Source: Intrasporangium sp. (GTDB taxonomy: Bacteria; Actinomycetota; Actinomycetes; Actinomycetales; Dermatophilaceae). Taken from it: a stretch of DNA of 64,000 bases. Every line of letters starts with the position of its first letter. Position 1 is the first letter of the stretch. The translations under genes and the position numbers were made by a program. Positions 52,125 to 61,776 of the stretch are shown here, in pieces. The stretch covers positions 5,320 to 69,319 of the forward strand of contig NZ_JAJJPG010000002.1 in NCBI RefSeq assembly GCF_032907665.1, in the 5' to 3' direction. The notes beneath the pieces were generated by a model. That model was not told the origin of the DNA. It searched no databases and saw only the letters and a list, made by a program, of their open reading frames with translations.

Positions 52125-53983
52125 GTCAGGTGCCCGAGCGGATAGCTCTGGACGACGGTCTGCTGGGCCGATCGGACGATCTGGAAGGCGTCACGCAGGT
52201 GGCGCTTCTCGAAGCTGCTCAGCTCACCCGGAGCGACGAAGTTGTCGGGCTCACGACCCTCGCGAAGCTGGCGCGCCTGGTGGGTGAGGCGCACGTAGCG
52301 GATGAACTCGAAGGCGTCGTGCAGGTCGGCCGCGGTCTCGGATGAGAGCGCACCGGCCCCGGCTGCGGCACTGATCCGGGCGAGCGTGTTCACCTGAGGC
52401 AGTCCCCGCGACAGGGCCTGGACCCGCGCGATCTCGACGATGGCGTGGACGCCGCCCCGTTTGAGGTCGAGCGTGTCCTTGTGCTCCCCCTTCCGCTCGA
52501 GGACGAAACCTCGGAAGAACCCGAGGGGCGGCTCGTTGGATGCGGCGTTGCGGGCGAGATGGGCCAGGAAGCGTCCGCTGTGGGGAGCCGTCTCGGTGAC
52601 CTGCTGGTGCAGTGCGTCGACCAGTCCGGGCTCGCCGTGCAGGAGTCGCAGGTCGAAGAAGATCGCCGACCTGAGGACGGCGTCGGGCGTCGGTTGGTCG
52701 ACCCAGCCCGTGAACATCCGCCGCCACGCGCGAAGTGATTGACGCCATTGCGGATTCGTCGCCATGATCCCGCCGGGGCAGGGCGGGTAGCCGCACGCGA
52801 CGAGGCCGTCGACGACGAACGAGGCGAGCGACTCGAACCAGGCCGCCTGCTCGGGCGTCGGGTCGTCGGCGAGCACGAGGGCGTTGTCCTGGTCGCTGCC
52901 GGGCCCCTGCTCCAGTCGGGCCTGGGAACCGAGGACGATCCAGGCATAGGGAAGGGGCGGGGTCCCCAGCCGCTGCTCGGCGAGGGCGATGAGCCGCCTC
53001 TCGATGGCGTCACCGACCGCGGTGACGATGCGGCCGATGCCGTCGGCGGTCGCGTCCTCGTGGACGAGCTGGTCGACGATGCGGGGGAGCCGCTGGCTGA
53101 GGACGATGAGGGCATCGAGGTCCTTGGCCTTAGCGACGTCTCCGACGAGGTGGATCGGGTTGGCCCGCTCGAGACGCATGAGGTCGGTGCTCGTCAGCAT
53201 GCCGAGGGGCCGATCGCCCTCGACGACCGGCATGTGGTGGATGTTCCGCGAGGTCATCTCGAGGATGAGCTCCATCGCGAGGTCGTCCGGCGCGGCCGTC
53301 ACCGGGTCGCCCGTCATGATGGCGCTGACCGGATGGGTGGTCTCCAGTCCCGCGGCAAGGACTCGGGTGCGCAGGTCCCGGTCGGTGACGATTCCCCGGA
53401 GGCGCTCGCCGTCCACGACGAGGAGCGACGAGACCTGCTCTCGGGCCATGAGGGCGGCCGCGTCGCGAATCGTCGTCTCGCCCGTCGTGGTGATCGGTGC
53501 GCGCCGGATCAGGTCACGCAGGCGGGTCTGGAGGACGGCACTGCGCCGGTCGTGCTGGGGAAGCGACTGGAGGGCATGGCGGAGGCGAGCCTCGCGCTGC
53601 TCGGAGAAGAAGTCACCGACCGCGGGGTGCTCCTCCGCGAGGGACTGGAAGCTCGCCGTCGACATGACGAGCAGAAGGCTGTCCTCGATGGCCAGCACGT
53701 CGAAGCGAGAGGGTGTGCCGCCCAGGGCGGTCGTGCCGAATCCGGTTCCCTCGCCGCCCCGGGCCACGAGGGAGCCGTTCTCGTCGGTGATCTGCACGGC
53801 GCCGGAGCGGACCACGAAGACCTCGTCGTTGCTCCTGCCGACACTCATCAGGTGCGTGCCGCGCCGTGCGTAGCGCATGGTCAGGCGGCGGCCGAGCCGC
53901 ACCAGGTCCTCGCGGGGCACGGCGGCGAAGGGCGCGTGCTCTGCGAGGAAGTCGGTGACTTCCGTGATGTCGACATCGGCCAC
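52121..53983 (-). CDS. cNMP-CBS-DUF294 putative nucleotidyltransferase
   Basis: GIVTDRDLR (CBS), LGSQARLEQ..SDQDN, FFDLR, DLKRGG. Confidence 0.9.
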   Translation of the reverse strand: MADVDITEVTDFLAEHAPFAAVPREDLVRLGRRLTMRYARRGTHLMSVGRSNDEVFVVRSGAVQITDENGSLVARGGEGTGFGTTALGGTPSRFDVLAIEDSLLLVMSTASFQSLAEEHPAVGDFFSEQREARLRHALQSLPQHDRRSAVLQTRLRDLIRRAPITTTGETTIRDAAALMAREQVSSLLVVDGERLRGIVTDRDLRTRVLAAGLETTHPVSAIMTGDPVTAAPDDLAMELILEMTSRNIHHMPVVEGDRPLGMLTSTDLMRLERANPIHLVGDVAKAKDLDALIVLSQRLPRIVDQLVHEDATADGIGRIVTAVGDAIERRLIALAEQRLGTPPLPYAWIVLGSQARLEQGPGSDQDNALVLADDPTPEQAAWFESLASFVVDGLVACGYPPCPGGIMATNPQWRQSLRAWRRMFTGWVDQPTPDAVLRSAIFFDLRLLHGEPGLVDALHQQVTETAPHSGRFLAHLARNAASNEPPLGFFRGFVLERKGEHKDTLDLKRGGVHAIVEIARVQALSRGLPQVNTLARISAAAGAGALSSETAADLHDAFEFIRYVRLTHQARQLREGREPDNFVAPGELSSFEKRHLRDAFQIVRSAQQTVVQSYPLGHLT

Positions 53984-54118
53984 GGCGTCATCGTCGCACT
54001 CCTGTCGGCATCGTTGACACCGAACACGAGGCGGAGCACGGGTCGGATCTGGGCCTACGCTGGGCGTGGTCAGGATCAGCTGCGCTGATCAGCACCCAGA
54101 GGTCAGGAGCACGGTCAG

Positions 54119-54529
54119 ATGGCTTCACGACTCAACCCGTACATCTCGTTCAAGGACAACGCCCGCGAGGCGATGGAGTTCTACCGCGACGTCTTCGGCG
54201 GGTCCCTCGACATCAGCACGTTCGGGGACTTCGGCCAGCCGGACGCGCCGGATGCCGACAAGATCATGCACGCCAGACTCGAGACGGAGGGCGGCTTCAC
54301 CCTGATGGGCGCCGACACGCCACAGGACATGGAGTACCACCCGGGGGACAACATCGCGGTGAGCCTCAGCGGAGACGACGCCGACGAGCTCCGGTCCTAC
54401 TGGGGCAAGCTCTGCGAGGGAGGCACCGTCTCGGTCCCTCTCGAGAAGCAGATGTGGGGCGACGAGTTCGGGATGTGCACCGACCGCTTCGGCATCGGCT
54501 GGATGGTCAACATCTCCGGTGGGGCCTGA
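54119..54529 (+). CDS. VOC/PhnB-like protein
   Basis: AMEFYRDVFGG, IMHARL, QMWGDEFGMCTDRFGIGWM. Confidence 0.88.
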   Translation: MASRLNPYISFKDNAREAMEFYRDVFGGSLDISTFGDFGQPDAPDADKIMHARLETEGGFTLMGADTPQDMEYHPGDNIAVSLSGDDADELRSYWGKLCEGGTVSVPLEKQMWGDEFGMCTDRFGIGWMVNISGGA

Positions 54530-54532
54530 GCA

Positions 54533-55486
54533 TCACGCACGATCGAGGCTGGTGAGTCGGGCGAGCTGGGCTGCCAGCTCGCCCGCCTCGACGAAGCTGG
54601 TGTGCGTGCCGGCTGACCCGCACGCCCACGCGCCGCCGACACTTCCGGCGAGCGCGGCTGTCTGCGCATCCGAGCCGCCCAGCCAGGCGTGCAGGAAGGC
54701 AGCCACGTAGCTGTCGCCGGCCCCGTTGGAGTCGACGACGGCGCGCCCGGGGAGCTGCACGGCCGGCACCTCCACCATCGACCCGCCCCGCTCGGTGAGC
54801 CGGCTGCCTCGCGCACCGTCCATGACGACGACGACTCGCGCCCGGCCGTTGGTGAAGATGTCCGTGACGACGTCTTCCTCGGTCCGTGATCCCGGCCGAC
54901 CGAGGCGGGACCCGGACAGGAAGACGAGGTCGGCGGCATACGCGAACGGCCGGTGGTGGTCCGCCATCCCGTCCCAGTCGTGGAGGTCCGTCGACGTCGA
55001 GATCCCCGCCGCGGTGGCGTCGGTGAGCGCATGGATCGTCCAGGCCATGATCGAGGCGTGCACGTGCCTCGCACTACCCAGCGAGGCGCGCCACAGGTCC
55101 GGGTCCGGGACGAAGTCGTAGGGGTGGCGCCCGTCGTAGAAGGAGAGCCGGCGCCCGTGGGCGTCGACGAGGTTGACGGCACGTCGTGTCCCGGAGGGGT
55201 GGGTCTCGTGCCCGAAGGACAGGCCTTCAGCCGCGGCGCGCTGCATGATGAGGCGGCCCTCGTGGTCGTCCCCGATGACGTCGACGAAGCGGGTCCGCAG
55301 GCCGAGGCGATGACAGCCGAGGGCCACGCCGAGACCCGTGTGGCCGACGTAGGCCTCGATGGGCGGCACGCCGTACGAGTCGGCCATGGGCACGGGCAGG
55401 GCATCGACCCGCACGATGGTGTCGACGCCTGCCCCGGCGACGACGAGCACGTCGCACCCCGTCGCCCCATCGGTCGCCGGGCTCAT
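54533..55486 (-). CDS. PfkB family carbohydrate kinase
   Basis: VDSNGAGDSY anion hole; GARGS. Confidence 0.87.
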   Translation of the reverse strand: MSPATDGATGCDVLVVAGAGVDTIVRVDALPVPMADSYGVPPIEAYVGHTGLGVALGCHRLGLRTRFVDVIGDDHEGRLIMQRAAAEGLSFGHETHPSGTRRAVNLVDAHGRRLSFYDGRHPYDFVPDPDLWRASLGSARHVHASIMAWTIHALTDATAAGISTSTDLHDWDGMADHHRPFAYAADLVFLSGSRLGRPGSRTEEDVVTDIFTNGRARVVVVMDGARGSRLTERGGSMVEVPAVQLPGRAVVDSNGAGDSYVAAFLHAWLGGSDAQTAALAGSVGGAWACGSAGTHTSFVEAGELAAQLARLTSLDRA

Positions 55487-56703
55487 GGGCGGGTCACGCT
55501 GAGGATGCCGAGGCACATCTCGTCGGTGGTGCCCTCGCCCCAGACGACGTAGCGTTCCGGGGTCCCCTTGAGGGCCGGGAGCTTGTCGCGCCAAGCCTGG
55601 TCGTGGGTGCACGTGACGGTGATCCGGTCACCCGGGCCCACCGTGGTGGGCGGCACGGCCCTCGCGCCCTGGTCGTCGAAGTCCCACGTCCGGATGTCGA
55701 GGAGCGTCCTGGCCTTCGCCGTGCCGGTGTTCAGCTCGATCCGGATGCTCGAGCCGAGCAGGTGCATGTGGCCGGCCGACGCCCTGATGACCGCCGGCTC
55801 CGTGACGGCGCGGGTGCAGGACTGGGTCGGTCCCGGCTGCGGGTCGACTCCTCCTGTGCAGATCATGAGCAGGCCGGCGACGGTCCACGGGGCACGGTCC
55901 CCGAAGCGGGTGGCGACGTCCTGGATCGCGGTCTGCCGGTCACACAGGGGCCCGGACCTGCCCTCGCGACAGGGCAGCTCGACCGGCGCTGGGTAGAGCA
56001 CCGTCTCGAGGGCCGACAGGCTGGGCGAGGTGGACAGGCGCAGGTCGACCGCGGTCCGGTCGGGCTTCGCGCCGTCGAGCAGGTTGTAGTGCACCTGGAG
56101 CACGAGCTGGGAACCCTTCTCGAGCGGGATGCCGAGGTCGGGCTCGAGCAGCCGTTCCGTCCCGCCGGGAGCCCAGGCGCCGACCCACGGTGCGTCGTCG
56201 AGACTGGCGCCCTGCGCCTCGATTCCGGTGCCGCCGAAGCAGGTCCACCCGTCACCCGGGGCTGCGGCGTCCTGGGCGCGGGCGAGGTCGACCTTGTCGG
56301 GCGCGACGCGGTAGAGGATGACGTGGTGCACGACGGCCGGCTCACCCGGGACGACGTCGTATCCGGTGACGAAGCCGTCCTCGTCCAGGGCCGGGTCGAG
56401 CAGGAAGCAGCGGTAGTCGTCGGTGCCCCCATGGGGAGCCCGGGGCACGTAGTCGGCCGGCATGGCCACGCGCTTCAGTTCCTCCCCGGCACGAAGCGGG
56501 GCGGGCGCAGGCTTCGGGGTCGAGGGGTGCGTCCCATGTCCGGGCGGGGGCGCCCCGGTCCCAGTGGCAGCCGTCGTCGGGCTCGCGCCCGGGTGCCCCG
56601 CCAGCTCAGCCGTGGTGCCCGGGTCGGGCTCGCCGGGGCCGCATCCCGTGACGAGCAGGACGAGGGCCGCGCCGAGCGCGACAAGGAGGCGGCCTGTCCT
56701 CAT
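55483..56703 (-). CDS. Copper type II (PHM/DBH-like) monooxygenase lipoprotein
   Basis: Lipobox VTGC; HHVILY, QVHYN, HMH and DEMC copper-ligand motifs. Confidence 0.8.
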   Translation of the reverse strand: MRTGRLLVALGAALVLLVTGCGPGEPDPGTTAELAGHPGASPTTAATGTGAPPPGHGTHPSTPKPAPAPLRAGEELKRVAMPADYVPRAPHGGTDDYRCFLLDPALDEDGFVTGYDVVPGEPAVVHHVILYRVAPDKVDLARAQDAAAPGDGWTCFGGTGIEAQGASLDDAPWVGAWAPGGTERLLEPDLGIPLEKGSQLVLQVHYNLLDGAKPDRTAVDLRLSTSPSLSALETVLYPAPVELPCREGRSGPLCDRQTAIQDVATRFGDRAPWTVAGLLMICTGGVDPQPGPTQSCTRAVTEPAVIRASAGHMHLLGSSIRIELNTGTAKARTLLDIRTWDFDDQGARAVPPTTVGPGDRITVTCTHDQAWRDKLPALKGTPERYVVWGEGTTDEMCLGILSVTRP

Positions 56704-57503
56704 CGGTCCAGTCCAGAAGGGTCGCTCGGAAGGCCTCCCGGGTCGTGGGCGCACACGAGCTCGACCTCGTCCGTATGCCGCTGGGCCAGCTCGGACAGGG
56801 ACGTGCGGGTCTCGCTCCACGCCCTTCGATCGGTGCGGACCACGACCTCGGACAGAAGCAGGGGCAGGGGTGTCCGGTCGCCCGTGAAGGCGCGGTGTGA
56901 GAACGAGGCGTCACCGACGTGGAGCAGCCACGGCGTGCGGCCCTCGGACCGGCGGACGGCGACGCCGATGTGTCCCGGGACATGTCCCTCGAGAGGAACC
57001 ACGTGCAGGTCACCCCCGCCGAATGGCAGAGGTGCACTGGGCAGACCGAGGAGCTCAGCGGCATACGGCGGCGTCGTGCTCCAGCGGGGACCGTGCGCCC
57101 ACTGCACCGCCCGCATCCGGCCGGCGAAGCGCAGGGGGACGCTCGGCCTCACGTTGGCGAGCATCCGTGGCGACACGTGGACGGTGGCCCGAGGGAAGTC
57201 GCTGAGGCCACCCGCGTGGTCGCTGTCCAGGTGCGTCAGGATGATGTGCCGCACGTCGGCGGGGTCGAGTCCGAGCGCACGGGTCCGCGCCTGCGCGGTC
57301 TCGCCCGGGTCGAGCACAGGGCGGCTCAGCACGCGGAGCACGCGGCCGACCCGTCGGTTCGGACGTGCGATGTCCTGGAGGCCGAAGCCGGTGTCGACGA
57401 GGACGAGGCCGTCGTCGCTCTCGATGAGGAGGCAGTGGCACACGAGGTCGCCGCCCACGGGCCGCATGGTTCCGCAGTTGAGGTGGTGCACCCTGAGCGG
57501 CAC
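56700..57503 (-). CDS. Metallo-beta-lactamase fold hydrolase
   Basis: THLDSDHAGG, GHVPGH, GDA, CAHD. Confidence 0.87.
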   Translation of the reverse strand: MPLRVHHLNCGTMRPVGGDLVCHCLLIESDDGLVLVDTGFGLQDIARPNRRVGRVLRVLSRPVLDPGETAQARTRALGLDPADVRHIILTHLDSDHAGGLSDFPRATVHVSPRMLANVRPSVPLRFAGRMRAVQWAHGPRWSTTPPYAAELLGLPSAPLPFGGGDLHVVPLEGHVPGHIGVAVRRSEGRTPWLLHVGDASFSHRAFTGDRTPLPLLLSEVVVRTDRRAWSETRTSLSELAQRHTDEVELVCAHDPGGLPSDPSGLDR

Positions 57504-57512
57504 GTGCAGGCC

Positions 57513-59225
57513 CTACTCGCGGCTGATCGGGATGCGGCGCGGGTCGGGGGCACTGAGACGCTCGGCATTTGCCTCCGAGTCGACGACCTCACGCTGCGAC
57601 TCCCGCTCGGCGTCGACCCGTGCGACGTAGGCGGCGACCTCGGCGTCGGCGCGCTCGGTGTCCCAGCCGAGGACCGGCGCGACGAGGTCGGCGACGGCCC
57701 TGGCGCTCTCGGCGCCTCGATGCGGGGTCTCGATCGACACCCTCGTGCGGCGGGTGAGGAGGTCGTCGAGGTGCAGCGCCGCCTCGTGCGTCGCAGCGTA
57801 GAGGATCTCGACCTTGAGGTACTCCTCAGCGCCGGGAAGCGGCTCGTAGAGGGTCCGGTCCTGCTCGGCGAGGGCGAAGAGCTCGTGGACGAGGGAGCCG
57901 TAGCGCTCGAGCAGGTGCCGGATCCGCCACACGGGCAGGTCCTGCTTCCGGGCCAACCGGTCGACCTGGTTGACGAGCGCGACGTACCCCTCGGCCCCGG
58001 ACAGCGGGATGAACTCGGTGACGCTGTCGCTGACCTCGCCTCCGATGTCCTCGCGGGCGACGTCGACGGCGTCCTGGGCCATGACGCGGTAGGTGGTGTA
58101 CTTGCCGCCGGCGATGGACACGAGACCGGGCTGGGGGCGGGCGACCGCGTGCTCGCGGGAGAGCTGGGTCGTCAGTTCGGACTCGCCGGAGAGCAGCGGC
58201 CGGAGCCCGGCGTAGACGCCTTGGATGTCGTCGTGGCCGAGCGGCACCTTGAGCACCGAGTTGAGGTGCTCGAGGAGGTAGTCGATGTCCGCCCGGGTCG
58301 CCGCCGGGTGGGCTCGGTCGAGGTTCCAGTCGGTGTCGGTCGTGCCGATGATCCAGTGGGTGTCCCACGGGATGACGAAGAGGACGGACCGCTCGGTGCG
58401 CAGGATGAGACCGGTCTCCGAGTTGATGCGGTCGCGGGCGACGACGACGTGGACGCCCTTGCTGGCACGCACCTGGAAGTGCCCTCGGCCGCCCGCCATC
58501 GCCTGGATGTCGTCGTTCCACACGCCCGTGCAGTTGATGACGACAGACGCGTTGACCTCGTGGCTCTCGCCGGTCTCCACGTCCTCGACCACCGCACCGA
58601 CGACCCGCTCTCCGGCCCGGGCCAAGCCGGTCACGCGGGCCGAGCTGAGGACGGTGGACCCATAGGCGGCTGCCGTGCGGATCGTCGTCAGCGTGTGCCG
58701 GGCGTCGTCCATCTGGGCGTCGTAGTAGAGCAGACCCCCGGTCAGGGACTCCCGTTTGAGTGCTGGGGCGAGCTTGAGGGCGCCGCTCCGCGTGAGCTGC
58801 CGGTGCCGCGGCATCGACCGAGGGCCGCCCATCGAGTCGTAGAGGGTCAGGCCCGCCGTCACGTAGGGTCGCTCCCAGCCCCGGCCCGTCAGGGGGTAGA
58901 GGAACGAGACGGGGCGCACGAGGTGCGGTGCGAGCGTCTTGAGCGTGAGGTCCCGCTCCCGGAGCGCCTCGCGGACGAGGTCGAAGTTCATCTGCTCGAG
59001 ATAGCGCAGGCCGCCGTGGAACAGCTTGGACGAGCGGGACGACGTCCCCGAGCCGAAATCGCGCTGCTCGACAAGGGCCGTGGAGAGCCCGCGCGTGGCA
59101 GCGTCGAGGGCGACCCCGGCTCCCGTGATGCCACCACCGACGACGAGGACGTCGAACTGCTTGGTGGCAAGGCGCCTCCAGCCTGTGGCGCGATAGTCCG
59201 CGTCGAGGCGCACGGGACTCGTCAT
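57513..59225 (-). CDS. glpD: FAD-dependent glycerol-3-phosphate dehydrogenase
   Basis: VGGGITGAG, GTSSRSSKLFHGGLRYL, AGLRPL, GGKYTTYR. Confidence 0.93.
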   Translation of the reverse strand: MTSPVRLDADYRATGWRRLATKQFDVLVVGGGITGAGVALDAATRGLSTALVEQRDFGSGTSSRSSKLFHGGLRYLEQMNFDLVREALRERDLTLKTLAPHLVRPVSFLYPLTGRGWERPYVTAGLTLYDSMGGPRSMPRHRQLTRSGALKLAPALKRESLTGGLLYYDAQMDDARHTLTTIRTAAAYGSTVLSSARVTGLARAGERVVGAVVEDVETGESHEVNASVVINCTGVWNDDIQAMAGGRGHFQVRASKGVHVVVARDRINSETGLILRTERSVLFVIPWDTHWIIGTTDTDWNLDRAHPAATRADIDYLLEHLNSVLKVPLGHDDIQGVYAGLRPLLSGESELTTQLSREHAVARPQPGLVSIAGGKYTTYRVMAQDAVDVAREDIGGEVSDSVTEFIPLSGAEGYVALVNQVDRLARKQDLPVWRIRHLLERYGSLVHELFALAEQDRTLYEPLPGAEEYLKVEILYAATHEAALHLDDLLTRRTRVSIETPHRGAESARAVADLVAPVLGWDTERADAEVAAYVARVDAERESQREVVDSEANAERLSAPDPRRIPISRE

Positions 59226-59359
59226 GCCCTTCCCCTCACATCGGTGCCGGCGATCTCACCCTAGCCAAGCCGTCGCCATGCCGTTCCCGTATGCCGCCGG
59301 GCTGGCTCCACGGACGCGGTGGTCTTGCGTCCCTCTCGGCTTCCCCTAGGGTGCGACAC

Positions 59360-59746
59360 ATGTTCGCCACGGGTTTCGTGAACGTGTACACCTTGGACAT
59401 CGAAGCCGGACTTCGCTTCTACCGGGATCTCCTGGGGTTCCGCGAGACATTCCGCACTCCGACGGACGGCGTCCCCGAGCATGTCGAGCTCGAGCTCAAC
59501 GGGTTCGCCATCGGGCTCGGGACGGTGGAGGCGGCAAAGCGGGTGCATGGCGTCGACGCCACGCCCGGTCAACCGGCGATGGTCCTGGTCGTGTGGGCTG
59601 ACGACGTCGACGTCGCCTTCGAGGAACTGACCGCCGCCGGAACGCCGGTCGTGCAGCCACCTCACGACACCGGTAACAACAACCGCAACGCCCTGCTGCG
59701 CGACCCTGACGGCAATCTCGTCGAGATCGTCTCGAAGCGGGCCTAG
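59360..59746 (+). CDS. VOC/glyoxalase family protein
   Basis: FYRDLLGF, RDPDGNLVEI. Confidence 0.85.
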   Translation: MFATGFVNVYTLDIEAGLRFYRDLLGFRETFRTPTDGVPEHVELELNGFAIGLGTVEAAKRVHGVDATPGQPAMVLVVWADDVDVAFEELTAAGTPVVQPPHDTGNNNRNALLRDPDGNLVEIVSKRA

Positions 59747-59797
59747 CGTGCCGCAGGGGGGCTGCCCATGACCTCACGCGGTCGGGCGACACGGGTG

Positions 59798-61546
59798 TCA
59801 GAAGGGTGGGGGCTCGTCGGGCGGTGGTGGCCACGGCCGTCGAGGAGGTCGGGGAGGGCGCGGGTCATCCAGCGCCTCGCGATAGTCCTTGGAGAACGTG
59901 GTGTAGTCGCGCCCGGCGAGGGTGCGCCAGAGCAGTCCTCGGGTGGTCGCGTGGTCATCGGTCGGGACGCACGACCAGAAGCGAGCCGTCTTGAGGTTGT
60001 GGTGTGCCCGGTGCAGCGGTCCACCGTTGCGGGTGCTGGTCTCGCCGCCGGGGTAAGGCACGTGATGGTCGATGTCGCACCGGTGCGCCGGGACCTGGCA
60101 ACCAGGTCCACGGCAATGGCCGTCGAGGGCCCGGATCTGCTCGACGATGGCCGGCGTGGGTCGGTAGCGGTCCGTGCTGAGGTGCAGGGCCCGCCCGGTG
60201 AGGGCGTCGACACCCAGCCACCGCCACTCGGAGCCCGGCGCGGTGATGATCGCACGGGCCTGCTCGGCGGTGACCCAGCCGTGTCCGGGGATCTCGCAAG
60301 CGGCGTCGCCGGCGCCGGTGGCCACCTCGAAGGGGACGACGATCCAGACGGTGGCCGGCGGGGCGGTCGGTGCACAGGGACAGGGCCCGGGCTCGCCCGT
60401 CGCCGCCGTGATCGGCTCGGCGTGGCTCGGCCGGCACGGCGCGAGGGCAACGGCGCGCGGTGTCTCGTCTCCGGGTGCAGCACTGTCGGCCGTCGGAGGC
60501 CGGCCGCTGGCCGCCTCGTGTGCAGAGTGCTCCGCGCAGGGGCCGTAGGTGTGGCCGAGGAGGCCGTCGGTGGCGAGGTCGGAGCGCAGCTGGTCCAGGG
60601 TGCGCGGGTCACCCGCTGCGCGCAGTGCGCGGGCGAGGGTCTCGATGCGCTCCAGGATGGCGACCGTGCGCTCGGCGCTCGTCGTGATGGTGATGACTCC
60701 CGTCCCGTGCTCGTCGAGCTGTCCGTGCGCGGAGCGTCGGGACAGCGCGTCCCCTCGGCGGCCGCCGGAGTCGGCAGGGGAGAGCGAGGCGAGGACGCGG
60801 CGCAGCCGCCGCACGATGACCTGGTGGCTGGGACGCGACCCGTCCCGCATGGGCGCGAGGACGCGCTCGACCACCGAGCCGATGACGTCGTCGGGCAGGT
60901 GCCGGGCATCGGTGGCGATGAGGGTGGCGTGATGCAGTGACACGGCGCCGACGGCGAGCCGGTCGAGCAGCGAACGGTGCCGGCGGGGCGCCGCGGCCAA
61001 CCGCAGGCGCCGCGAGGCCTCGCCAGCGGGCACAGCAGTGGCGGCGACCACCTCGTGGGCGACCAGCTGCCCCACGCTCACCGCAGCCTCGGCAGGGCTC
61101 TCCCGCGGGAAGCCCTCGGGCAGCTGCGCGTCGTGCGCAGCGTGCTGCTCGGTCATGACGGTGTGCAGGGCCCCGTAGGCCTCGACCAGGCGCGCATCGA
61201 CCCGGGACCGCTCCGCCTCCAACGCCTCGATCTCGGCCAGCAGCGCCGCGGATGCCTGCTCCAGCGACAGCCCCTCGGCAGACTGGCCCGGCGCCGGCAC
61301 CCCGGACGGCGCGGTGACAGCGGCCTGGTCGGAGACAGCGGCCTGATCAAGCGCAGTCGGTTCCGTCGACGGCTCGTCGTGTCCGGCCACGACGTCCCAG
61401 CCGACCTCGACGCCCTCGGCCTCCCGGAGGTCGAGCCAGGCCAGATCGAGCGGCACCACCCTCCCCCGCCCACTCGTCGCGTCGTGCGCCGCGCCACGAG
61501 CGAGGACGTGCTCGAAGGGGGACAGTGCAGCGGCGGTGAACGGCAC
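59798..61546 (-). CDS. DUF222-HNH endonuclease (13E12-repeat-like)
   Basis: DPRTLDQLRSD, YRPTP, CRGPGC...CDIDH...GGET..N...HH.LKT; start position uncertain. Confidence 0.85.
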   Translation of the reverse strand: MPFTAAALSPFEHVLARGAAHDATSGRGRVVPLDLAWLDLREAEGVEVGWDVVAGHDEPSTEPTALDQAAVSDQAAVTAPSGVPAPGQSAEGLSLEQASAALLAEIEALEAERSRVDARLVEAYGALHTVMTEQHAAHDAQLPEGFPRESPAEAAVSVGQLVAHEVVAATAVPAGEASRRLRLAAAPRRHRSLLDRLAVGAVSLHHATLIATDARHLPDDVIGSVVERVLAPMRDGSRPSHQVIVRRLRRVLASLSPADSGGRRGDALSRRSAHGQLDEHGTGVITITTSAERTVAILERIETLARALRAAGDPRTLDQLRSDLATDGLLGHTYGPCAEHSAHEAASGRPPTADSAAPGDETPRAVALAPCRPSHAEPITAATGEPGPCPCAPTAPPATVWIVVPFEVATGAGDAACEIPGHGWVTAEQARAIITAPGSEWRWLGVDALTGRALHLSTDRYRPTPAIVEQIRALDGHCRGPGCQVPAHRCDIDHHVPYPGGETSTRNGGPLHRAHHNLKTARFWSCVPTDDHATTRGLLWRTLAGRDYTTFSKDYREALDDPRPPRPPRRPWPPPPDEPPPF

Positions 61547-61618
61547 GTCCCCCCCTTCCCAGTCGGCCCTCTGCGGGCGCCTGCCGGCTCGCCGACCTGC
61601 CCGGCGAACCACCTCAAT

Positions 61619-61634
61619 TCGAACATGGTTTCGG
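61619..61634. promoter_or_regulatory. LexA (SOS) box-like site upstream of the HNH gene
   Basis: TCGAAC-ATGG-TTTCGG versus the actinobacterial consensus TCGAAC-N4-GTTCGA. Confidence 0.5.
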
Positions 61635-61776
61635 GCGATCCGGCAAGGCATTTTCCACAGTATGCTCCGCGAAAGCGACTGGTGCGCAAAGAAACTGGCA
61701 AGGCGGTGCCAGCTCAGCGGCATACCACTGAGGTCTGACAACCCACCGCTGCCGCGACGGACGCTACGGTCTGCCC

